IMG/VR virus record: IMGVR_UViG_3300046542_000248
Location: 182,902-246,901 of that record
Reading direction: 5' to 3' (one strand)
DNA: 64,000 nucleotides
This document shows positions 56,556-64,000 of this stretch, in pieces. A program made the translations under genes and the position numbers. How positions within the stretch are numbered: the stretch's first letter is position 1; every line of letters starts with the position of its first letter. The notes below the pieces were generated by a model. That model had not been told where the DNA came from. It did no database searches and was given only the letters and a program-made list of their open reading frames with translations.

Positions 56556-57680
56556 ATGGATATTAAAGAAAAGTTAAAGTATATACAAGAAGGACACTCC
56601 TTCAGCGAAATCGTTTCGGATAATTTCACTCCACTTAATCAAGTATTGAAAGAATCTCATGAGCTATTCATGGAATCTTTTATGGCTGATGCTAAATACA
56701 TTATCGAGATGGGCGAAGATCTCAAATCTAAAGCTACATTCTTTGATCATGTTAAAAATGTATTGAAATGGTTACGTGATAAAGTAGTTCAGTTCATTAA
56801 CTTTATACGTCAAAAGCTATTCTCTTCAGGTAAAGGTACTAAACAAACTGTTAAGAATGTGAAAGATACTGCTGCTAAGATGGAGATCATTGGTCGTAAA
56901 CCATCAAAACGTATTAATCCTGAAGATGAGCCAGATACATATAGTGATAATTCTGAAGATCATGGGATTCTTCATAAAGATGGAACTCTTCACTATAATC
57001 CAGAAAATCATGAGATTACTATATTCTCTAAAGTTCTGGATACTGATAACTTCTTCGATTCTGGATACAAGAGGATATATAATACTCTTCATGAGTATAT
57101 TTCCAAACTGGAGCAGAATCCAAGTAATCATGATCAAATAATTTCTGTAGATGATGTGATTAATACAAAACCTTTTCTCAATAAGGTATTCAAAGAATCA
57201 CTCTCAGTTAATTATGATAAACTAGAAATCTTTAAAAAGATTTATGGTGATCTTATCACTAAACCTATTACAGTTCGTGAGCTAACACTCTTAGCTGATA
57301 AGCTGTATAGTATGGATGAAGAATCTACTGTATTTGCTAATTGGATACAGAAATCTTTACCCAGAGCATTGGATGATGTTGAAAGACACTTTACTAGAAA
57401 TATGCAACTGATTAAAGATAAACTTGAAGTCGGCTCATCTAAAAATGTTCAAGCTGATACTGAGATGGTTAATAATCTTAATGATGCATTAGCTAAAGTT
57501 ATTAAGCTTATGAATATGCAAATGTCGGTTATTCAAATATTTGCCCAAATGCACGTTGAAGTATTTGTGCATCTTAAGGGTGAGATTGAACATTATGACT
57601 GGGTATTGAATCCATCTAATCAAGATTACGATCAGGATGACTTTAATAGCTATGATAATCATGACGGGTTAATTCATTAG
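56556..57680 (+). CDS. internal head protein, KLxxIQEG family
   Basis: MDIKEKLKYIQEG; LKES; VLKWLRDKVVQFINF. Confidence 0.72.
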   Translation: MDIKEKLKYIQEGHSFSEIVSDNFTPLNQVLKESHELFMESFMADAKYIIEMGEDLKSKATFFDHVKNVLKWLRDKVVQFINFIRQKLFSSGKGTKQTVKNVKDTAAKMEIIGRKPSKRINPEDEPDTYSDNSEDHGILHKDGTLHYNPENHEITIFSKVLDTDNFFDSGYKRIYNTLHEYISKLEQNPSNHDQIISVDDVINTKPFLNKVFKESLSVNYDKLEIFKKIYGDLITKPITVRELTLLADKLYSMDEESTVFANWIQKSLPRALDDVERHFTRNMQLIKDKLEVGSSKNVQADTEMVNNLNDALAKVIKLMNMQMSVIQIFAQMHVEVFVHLKGEIEHYDWVLNPSNQDYDQDDFNSYDNHDGLIH

Positions 57681-57684
57681 TACA

Positions 57685-57715
57685 GAGAGATACTTCTAAG
57701 GGAGTATCTCTTTTC
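57685..57715 (+). terminator. intrinsic terminator
   Basis: gagagatact/agtatctct-ttt. Confidence 0.7.
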
Positions 57716-57723
57716 ACTTTGAA

Positions 57724-57735
57724 AACATCGTTATA
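57724..57735 (+). promoter_or_regulatory. putative late promoter AACA-N6-TA
   Basis: AACA tcgtta TA. Confidence 0.65.
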
Positions 57736-57746
57736 ATACTTATTAT

Positions 57747-58820
57747 ATGGAGGGATACAATTTGTTCAATATCGAGCGTAAAGCTAACCGACTTAATGAA
57801 TCTATTTCTATCAACCTTGGTAAAAATACATTCAAAGATACTCTCCTTGAAGCTGGTCTTGATCACTTGAAACTTGATTCAGTGATTACTACAGCTCTGC
57901 AAGAATCTAATCAAGTATATGATGGACATGTGCAAAATAGTTTAAGAGAATACTCTATAGAATCTCTTAACAAAGCTATGGGAATTCTTGAAACTACTAT
58001 TGATATTATTTCAGCATTCAAGAATATCGTTGCTGGAGAAATGGCTCAATTTAAAGCTATCAATAAACGGGTTATTGAAACTTATGAACCTTTATTGAAA
58101 CGACTTGATCGTCACAAGTATGGATATCAAATTCCTGAATACAATCTTGAAAATTTGGAAGCTATTGATATTCTTACTCGTGTACTGAATCTACTCTCTA
58201 AGAAATTCAATTTCAATTTATATGGACCTGGTGCTATAAATTGCGATGAAGTAGAAAGTGCCATTACTAGATTTAAAAGAAATTACAATGAGTATCATGA
58301 GGATCTGAAACGTGCAATTCTTGGAGTTCCTAACTCTGCAAGTATTGATGACTTCCCAGGAATTGTAAGATCCTTCCTAGTAAGTGATAACAATCTTCAG
58401 ATGAAACGTATCGGAGATGACATATTTAATGATCTTCGGTCTGCTGAGATTGGAATTGATTCACTTGATAATGTGATAGGATTGCTGCAAAAAGAAATCT
58501 TTGGCATCCTTGAGCATAAAGCAGTCGTTGAAAATGGTACTGGTAATGATTATGTCAATAGTGTATATACAAATGCTATTATAATTCGTACCAATTTAAT
58601 TGCATCAAGTTTAACCTATATTGAAGATATTATTAAGATCAAAATACACATTGCTGAAGAAATGTGTATCAATCATCGGAAAGTAATCATCGACGGATAT
58701 GAAAAAATATCGAAGGACCCAGAAAGTAACGAGGGTATTTATCTGCCTAACAACGATCCAGAGATCGTTAAAACGCATTCAGAATACCTTAGTGGGCATT
58801 GGATTGGCGCTTCGAAATGA
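57747..58820 (+). CDS. internal head protein (related family)
   Basis: LNES, LLEA, LQES sites; helical. Confidence 0.6.
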   Translation: MEGYNLFNIERKANRLNESISINLGKNTFKDTLLEAGLDHLKLDSVITTALQESNQVYDGHVQNSLREYSIESLNKAMGILETTIDIISAFKNIVAGEMAQFKAINKRVIETYEPLLKRLDRHKYGYQIPEYNLENLEAIDILTRVLNLLSKKFNFNLYGPGAINCDEVESAITRFKRNYNEYHEDLKRAILGVPNSASIDDFPGIVRSFLVSDNNLQMKRIGDDIFNDLRSAEIGIDSLDNVIGLLQKEIFGILEHKAVVENGTGNDYVNSVYTNAIIIRTNLIASSLTYIEDIIKIKIHIAEEMCINHRKVIIDGYEKISKDPESNEGIYLPNNDPEIVKTHSEYLSGHWIGASK

Positions 58821-58870
58821 ATTATGAGTTTAGTAACATCTGATTGTAACAAATAACTTCTTTTTTTTGT

Positions 58871-58882
58871 AACATAGGTATA
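58871..58882 (+). promoter_or_regulatory. putative late promoter AACA-N6-TA
   Basis: AACA taggta TA. Confidence 0.7.
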
Positions 58883-58920
58883 AGGAAAATTAATTTTTAA
58901 CCCCCTAAGGAGGAAACCAC

Positions 58921-60090
58921 ATGTTTAAAGATCTTTTTGAAAGTTCCACAGGTGCAAGCGCTGGTACTCTGCAACTTGAGTCTGCATTTGATTCCGCTGA
59001 ATTCTCTCTTTACCTGAACGAAACTGATTCCACAATTAATGGATTGGTTGATTCCTACCGCGGCGTAATGACAGAAGCTCTTACTGAGAGCGCTGGCATT
59101 ATGAACGAAAGCGTTAACCTTGTTCTTGAACAAGCTAACGAGCATGTTGGTAACAAAATCGTAGCAGCTTTGAAAAAGCTGTGGAACTGGATCGTTAAGA
59201 TCGTTGATAGCTCTATCAACTTCGTAATGACTCTAGTAACAAGCAACAAAAAATTCATCGAAAAGATCAAACCGGAAGTTGCTAAAAAGAACCTTTCCGC
59301 TGAAGATCTTGCAAAAATCACGATGACTTCGTATAACTACAAGCCACAAGCTATCAGCACTGAAAAAGTGACGACTGTATTGGGTGAAGTTGATGCTGAA
59401 GCTCGTGCTGATTACAGCGCAGCAAACAAAGAAAAGCTTGACAAAGTTGTAGAAACTTACAACGAAAACAAACGTAAATCTGCTGGTTGGGAAAAAATCT
59501 CCCTGGCAAACCGTTTGACAAACGTTAGCATGCATGAGGTACAAGACTGGGCACGTTATAAAGACGAGCTTCGTGTATCTCTTCAAGGCGGCGAGAAGAA
59601 AACTACGAAGACTTTCTCCATGGATTTCTTCAAAGTTATCGAAACTTATTCCCAAAATGCCGAAGCAATCAAAGGCATTATGTCCAAATCCAAAGAAGAT
59701 TTCAAGAAAACCATCGACCACATCATCCAAAAAGCTGGATATGCTAAGGCCGAAGGTAAAGGCGAAGGTGCTGATGCTAAAGCTGCATCCGGTCGCGTAG
59801 CTTTCTTGAACTACTTGCGTGCAAGAACTGCTGCTACAGCAGATGCGTTTGCAGAATTGATGAGCATGAAGCTCTCCATTCTTAAACGTGAAGTAGGCGA
59901 AGCTCGTTCATTCTGTATGCATGCGGCTCGCTACAATCCGAAAAAAGCAGAAGGCGCTGCATCCGTGAAAAACGAATCCGCCGCTGTTATTCCTTTCGAT
60001 CCATTATTCGAAGATGCTGAAGAAGTAACTGAAGCTGGTTCGCTTACTGAAGGTGCACAAGGCGGCGCTGCTGCTTCTGTAACTTTCTAA
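58921..60090 (+). CDS. abundant internal head protein (MFKDLFES N terminus)
   Basis: strong SD taaggagg, own promoter and terminator, high-expression-type codons, ES sites at both ends, LWNWIVKIV helix. Confidence 0.65.
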   Translation: MFKDLFESSTGASAGTLQLESAFDSAEFSLYLNETDSTINGLVDSYRGVMTEALTESAGIMNESVNLVLEQANEHVGNKIVAALKKLWNWIVKIVDSSINFVMTLVTSNKKFIEKIKPEVAKKNLSAEDLAKITMTSYNYKPQAISTEKVTTVLGEVDAEARADYSAANKEKLDKVVETYNENKRKSAGWEKISLANRLTNVSMHEVQDWARYKDELRVSLQGGEKKTTKTFSMDFFKVIETYSQNAEAIKGIMSKSKEDFKKTIDHIIQKAGYAKAEGKGEGADAKAASGRVAFLNYLRARTAATADAFAELMSMKLSILKREVGEARSFCMHAARYNPKKAEGAASVKNESAAVIPFDPLFEDAEEVTEAGSLTEGAQGGAAASVTF

Positions 60091-60105
60091 TAGCGTAACG
60101 ATAAG

Positions 60106-60137
60106 AGAGCATACTCCTTGTGAGTATGCTCTTTTTT
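60106..60137 (+). terminator. intrinsic terminator
   Basis: agagcatactc/gagtatgctct-ttttt. Confidence 0.85.
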
Positions 60138-60205
60138 ATTGGATTAAAAAGTATAAGTAGCCAGTATAGGCTACTTATTTTTTCGTCTTTATCTTCTTAT
60201 TTACC

Positions 60206-60217
60206 GACCCTTAAATA
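60206..60217 (+). promoter_or_regulatory. putative nvRNAP promoter GACC-N6-TA
   Basis: GACC cttaaa TA. Confidence 0.45.
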
Positions 60218-60250
60218 AGTAATTGTTACTATTTTAAGGGAGGCTACATA

Positions 60251-60583
60251 ATGAACACACAGCAAAAGCTAAAGTTAATAATGGAAGGTGCTATTCTCAA
60301 TGAAGGCGATGTTATTCAGTTTGGCGATCATCATTTGAGAGAAAGAAGATATCAAGAGGAATTAGATAGACTTCAAACCGAGTTCAATAGATTTATTGAT
60401 GACTTGGCACAAACTATTGCTTATCTCAGCAGAAAGAAAGAAGATGGTTCATTATCCAATGATGAATATCTTGCTAAGATGGGTGAACTTGAATCTCGAC
60501 GAGCATTGATGATTACTTATAATAGTAAGATTAATCATCTTAAGCATGAGATACAAACGATGCAGCAAAGTCGAGGGCATTAA
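60251..60583 (+). CDS. small tagged coiled-coil protein 1
   Basis: MNTQQKLKLIMEGAILNEGDVI. Confidence 0.75.
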   Translation: MNTQQKLKLIMEGAILNEGDVIQFGDHHLRERRYQEELDRLQTEFNRFIDDLAQTIAYLSRKKEDGSLSNDEYLAKMGELESRRALMITYNSKINHLKHEIQTMQQSRGH

Positions 60584-60585
60584 GT

Positions 60586-60909
60586 ATGGATATTAAAAAT
60601 GCCCTTAATCTAATCATGGAAGGTGTCATTCTAAATGAATCTGATGTGATAGATTTTACCGCAAGACAGAGAGTAAAGACATACGAAAATCAAATCAGAG
60701 AATATACAGCACAAGTTACAAAGATGACTGCTGAAGTTCATCGTCAATGGACTATTCTTGAAAGTAAAAAGAAATCTGGTCTTCTAACTGGTGAACAGTT
60801 TATAGAGCAGATGATGGCACTTCAACCTACAACTAGTAGGATTCGTGAAATAGAAACTCAAATTAATATTCTTCAAGATAAAATAGATGGATTATCAAGC
60901 CATGCTTAA
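60586..60909 (+). CDS. small tagged coiled-coil protein 2
   Basis: MDIKNALNLIMEGVILNESDVI. Confidence 0.75.
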   Translation: MDIKNALNLIMEGVILNESDVIDFTARQRVKTYENQIREYTAQVTKMTAEVHRQWTILESKKKSGLLTGEQFIEQMMALQPTTSRIREIETQINILQDKIDGLSSHA

Positions 60910-60923
60910 GGAGGAATAGTACT

Positions 60924-61250
60924 GTGGATACTGTAAAAAAGTGTTTAAAGTTAATTATGGAAGGTACTATTCTTAATGAAAGCGATGTCGTAGATTTTAC
61001 ATCCAGACATAATGCACAAAGATATGAAGAAGATATTCATAACTTCCAACTTCAGCTAAATAAAGTTACTATTGAAGTACGTGAAGCTGAGGATAAGTAC
61101 GATCGACAAAAGAATTCTGGAGAGATTACTACTCATGAATTCGTAGCTAAGAAATTGGCTCTTGAGCCTAAGAAAAAATTAATTCAGTATTATACTCGCC
61201 GAATAGGTGATGCGAAGGTAAATCTTCAATCACTACAGGCACATGCATAA
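60924..61250 (+). CDS. small tagged coiled-coil protein 3
   Basis: KCLKLIMEGTILNESDVV. Confidence 0.75.
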   Translation: MDTVKKCLKLIMEGTILNESDVVDFTSRHNAQRYEEDIHNFQLQLNKVTIEVREAEDKYDRQKNSGEITTHEFVAKKLALEPKKKLIQYYTRRIGDAKVNLQSLQAHA

Positions 61251-61311
61251 TAAAAAGTGAATAGTTCCTATGCCTAGGGAACTATTCATTTCTATATTTT
61301 ATTTTAAGTAA

Positions 61312-61323
61312 AACCTCTAATTA
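61312..61323 (+). promoter_or_regulatory. putative nvRNAP promoter, AACC-N6-TA class
   Basis: AACC tctaat TA. Confidence 0.5.
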
Positions 61324-61332
61324 ATATAATAA

Positions 61333-62301
61333 ATGAAGGGTGGAATTATCTTGAGTATCTTCTCTAAAATTGATACAGGATTGTATATGGACAAGGATAT
61401 TTCTGAAGAAATCACGACCATGTTAGAATCTATAACCAGCACCGATGCACTTATTAATGCATACATGGTAGAAAGTTCTACTATTATTAATGAGGGTGCC
61501 ATTACCGACAGCATTCAAGCTGTTATTGCTAAGCTTATTAGCTTTATCAGGGGATTGTATGAGAAATTTATTTCTCTATTCTTGACCCAATCAGATTATA
61601 TCAAGTATATCCTTGATAAACATTCTGCAAGATTGCATGAATTAACTGATGCAGAATTGAAGACTATTGTATATCAATACACTCAATTCAATATCAGTAA
61701 AGATCTTCCAATATTTGGATATATTGACAATGTGCAAAAGTACATTGATAAACTATCCTCTTTCAAAATTAGCTTCTCAGATATTGAAGACTTTAAAGAT
61801 ATCTTCTCTGAAGAATTATCTGTGATCCGAGGTAAAATTCTTGGTAAAAATGAGAAAATCGCTGAATATGACTTTATTGCTAAAACTCGTGGAATCTTTA
61901 GACCGAATACTGAAGTATTTATGAAGCATATGTCTAAAGCTGATCTGAATAGCATCATTAGCGGGGTTAGTAGTTATAAGAATACTAAATCCATGATCGA
62001 ATCTAATAAAGATTCTCTTACTAGAGAATATAATAAATACTTTAAAGTAATATCCAGTCTAATGAGCGTTAAGTATTCTGATGATGCTCTTGGAGCTACG
62101 ATTACTAATAATAACGGCGATAAAGAGACTGTTGATTTGATTACTGTGAATAAGCATAAGACTTATCAATCATTAATCGTATCTTTCATCTCTCAAATCG
62201 GAGAAGTTTACTCCATTGTATATCGTGAAAAACTTCTTGCTATTAAAGATAAATACGAAATGGAAATGACTATACTATCTCAAGTAATCAGATTGGTGTA
62301 G
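61333..62301 (+). CDS. internal head protein (related family)
   Basis: MLES, MVES, INEG sites, then amphipathic IAKLISFIRGLYEKF. Confidence 0.6.
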   Translation: MKGGIILSIFSKIDTGLYMDKDISEEITTMLESITSTDALINAYMVESSTIINEGAITDSIQAVIAKLISFIRGLYEKFISLFLTQSDYIKYILDKHSARLHELTDAELKTIVYQYTQFNISKDLPIFGYIDNVQKYIDKLSSFKISFSDIEDFKDIFSEELSVIRGKILGKNEKIAEYDFIAKTRGIFRPNTEVFMKHMSKADLNSIISGVSSYKNTKSMIESNKDSLTREYNKYFKVISSLMSVKYSDDALGATITNNNGDKETVDLITVNKHKTYQSLIVSFISQIGEVYSIVYREKLLAIKDKYEMEMTILSQVIRLV

Positions 62302-62302
62302 T

Positions 62303-63805
62303 ATGTTTGACGATCTCTTTGTAGAGGCGAATCTTGTCCTCAATACGGATGATATCTACTATAAATTTGATGAGTGGAAACCTCAGAAAAATAAGAATAT
62401 CCTGTTAGTTACTGGATTATCTGGCAGTGGTAAATCCACATTAGCTAATGATTTATATGAAAAATATAAAGCTAAAGTTGTGTATCTGGATGCATTTGAT
62501 CAGCTAGATACTTCTGCTGGTAATACTTATATGATTGAGGATTTCTTTGCTAAGAAGAAAATAGATTATACTCAATATAAAAGAGTATGGGATATACCTG
62601 ATATAGAATATGATAATATCTTAAATGAATTCTTTGAATTCTGTGTATCAGAAATATATAAAGATCCACACAATCTATACATTATAGAAGGATTACAACT
62701 GTATGCTTATATTGATAAAGCTGCAATTGAAAATCTTCCTATGGTTATTAAAGGAACCAGTTATCTCACTTCTCAATATAGAAGATTAATGAGAGATAAT
62801 AGTGATTCCAAAAATGTAATTAGACCGATAATCTCTGAATTAAAGCATATTGGTTTAGCTGCATTTAAAATCAATCTTAAAGATCAACGAATATTAAAGA
62901 AACTTAAAACAGAGCTACAGCCTAAAAAGAGAGGATCTGATGGAATGTTTGGAGATTTGTTAAGAGAGGCTTCGATGCCTAATGAGTATTACCTACCTAA
63001 TGATGGTGGGAAGATCAAAGCATTTGAGGATGCTTTTGGTGATGATGAAATTAAGAAAAGTATTGCTTACGGTTTCTCTAGTAGTCATGAATATGATGCA
63101 CCAGAGAAAAAGAAAGATGCAGTTAAATCCTGTATCAAATTCGTAAACAACTACGACTGGAAGAAACGTGATCATAAAGTTGAAGATATCGAAGCATTTA
63201 ATAAGCCTCTCAATATGAAGAAGGTTTATAACATTGCTAAGACTATCGAAGAAAAAGGAAATACTGAGCCGTTGATTACTGTGGATAAGATTCACGGATT
63301 CAACTGGCAGTCCAAAGGTAAATCAATTCTCACTGACGGTAATCACCGACTTGGTGCTATTAAAGTATTGGAACAGAAAACATGTCCAGTATATCACGGT
63401 ATATATAGTGGTAATGCTGAGAGAGATCATCAGGATTTCCTTCCTACTATTGAAGATGATAGTGAGGTGGAAAGTGATGAAGAAAATTCAATGCATGAAT
63501 CAAGCAACTTTATTACTGAAGCTGTATTTGAAAATGTAGATAATGTGAAGAACTTCTTCATCGAGTCTGCTAACGAATTCAAACTTCTTCAAGAAGCAAG
63601 TAAGAAAAGAAAGATTGAACGTGTTTCTTTAACTGAAGAGGAACGAGCAGCGGTTGAAGCTAAGTATGGTAAGAACCATGTACTATTTGCTAAGGACGGG
63701 AAGTCCGGTAAGTACTACTGTGCAGCCAGAGCAACGAGTAAATTATATGATTCACCAACTGATATCCCTATGGATGCGGTTAGATTTGTAGCAAGTACAG
63801 CTTAA
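62303..63805 (+). CDS. P-loop kinase + ParB/Srx-like domain fusion with MFDDLF tags
   Basis: LVTGLSGSGKST; IIEGLQ; ILTDGNHRL; internal MFGDLLREA. Confidence 0.75.
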   Translation: MFDDLFVEANLVLNTDDIYYKFDEWKPQKNKNILLVTGLSGSGKSTLANDLYEKYKAKVVYLDAFDQLDTSAGNTYMIEDFFAKKKIDYTQYKRVWDIPDIEYDNILNEFFEFCVSEIYKDPHNLYIIEGLQLYAYIDKAAIENLPMVIKGTSYLTSQYRRLMRDNSDSKNVIRPIISELKHIGLAAFKINLKDQRILKKLKTELQPKKRGSDGMFGDLLREASMPNEYYLPNDGGKIKAFEDAFGDDEIKKSIAYGFSSSHEYDAPEKKKDAVKSCIKFVNNYDWKKRDHKVEDIEAFNKPLNMKKVYNIAKTIEEKGNTEPLITVDKIHGFNWQSKGKSILTDGNHRLGAIKVLEQKTCPVYHGIYSGNAERDHQDFLPTIEDDSEVESDEENSMHESSNFITEAVFENVDNVKNFFIESANEFKLLQEASKKRKIERVSLTEEERAAVEAKYGKNHVLFAKDGKSGKYYCAARATSKLYDSPTDIPMDAVRFVASTA

Positions 63806-63831
63806 TATATTATGATGAGAGGGTGATAACT

Positions 63832-63975
63832 ATGAAACGTGGAAACCTTAAACGTTTGTCAGTAGTTAGTGCAATTATTTTGATGGCTTCATTGAGCGGA
63901 CCAATAACAATTCCGGCGATTGAAGCTGAACGGTTGCGTATGCCTACAAATGAATACGCAAAGGAGATTTCATAA
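63832..63975 (+). CDS. 47-aa secreted pro-peptide (Phr/AimP-like architecture)
   Basis: MKRGNLKR n-region, hydrophobic h-region, AIEA cleavage site; SD gagagggtga; AATATATTAT at 63804-63813. Confidence 0.6.
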   Translation: MKRGNLKRLSVVSAIILMASLSGPITIPAIEAERLRMPTNEYAKEIS

Positions 63976-64000
63976 GATGGATACAGTATTTCTTTCACCA

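Noticed and set aside
1-64000. CRISPR array, tRNA, rRNA, integrase, transposase
   Set aside because: No regularly spaced repeat-spacer units, cloverleaf T-loop motifs or catalytic motifs were found by eye.
1-64000. Stop-codon reassignment
   Set aside because: Long ORFs are intact under code 11 and TAA, TAG and TGA all end genes next to terminators or new starts.
1-64000. Nucleus shell (ChmA) or PhuZ tubulin
   Set aside because: No tubulin GGGTGSG motif or recognisable shell protein in this window; nothing can be said about the rest of the genome.

Overview
A gene-dense, AT-rich 64 kb segment of a phiKZ/AR9(PBS1)-like jumbo myophage infecting a Firmicute. The SLH-domain lysin points to an S-layer host such as Paenibacillaceae or Bacillus. 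Standard genetic code; no tRNA, rRNA, CRISPR array, integrase or transposase seen. Contents: (1) early accessory region (1-11.8 kb) with tandem paralogs, AAA ATPase, two Lar-like proteins, SbcC/Rad50, an RNAP-beta fragment and a 19-aa peptide; (2) replication/transcription block with an unsplit family-B DNA polymerase, putative SSB, GroEL-like chaperonin, AR9 gp226-like promoter-specificity subunit plus a truncated paralog, a degenerate terminase-ATPase paralog, primase and RusA; (3) lysis/protease genes; (4) baseplate/virion genes; (5) a large family of head-protein paralogs sharing an N-terminal KLxLIxEG tag. Three recurring promoter-like motifs are visible: TATATATTAT (early), AACC-N6-TR (mostly replication genes) and RACA-N6-TR (virion genes). 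Top candidates for a new system: a two-sigma, two-promoter-class transcription switch; a structured ~110-nt RNA displaying an extended Shine-Dalgarno; a modular capsid-targeting tag; and two unannotated peptide genes. Family assignments come from motif recognition and recall, not database searches.
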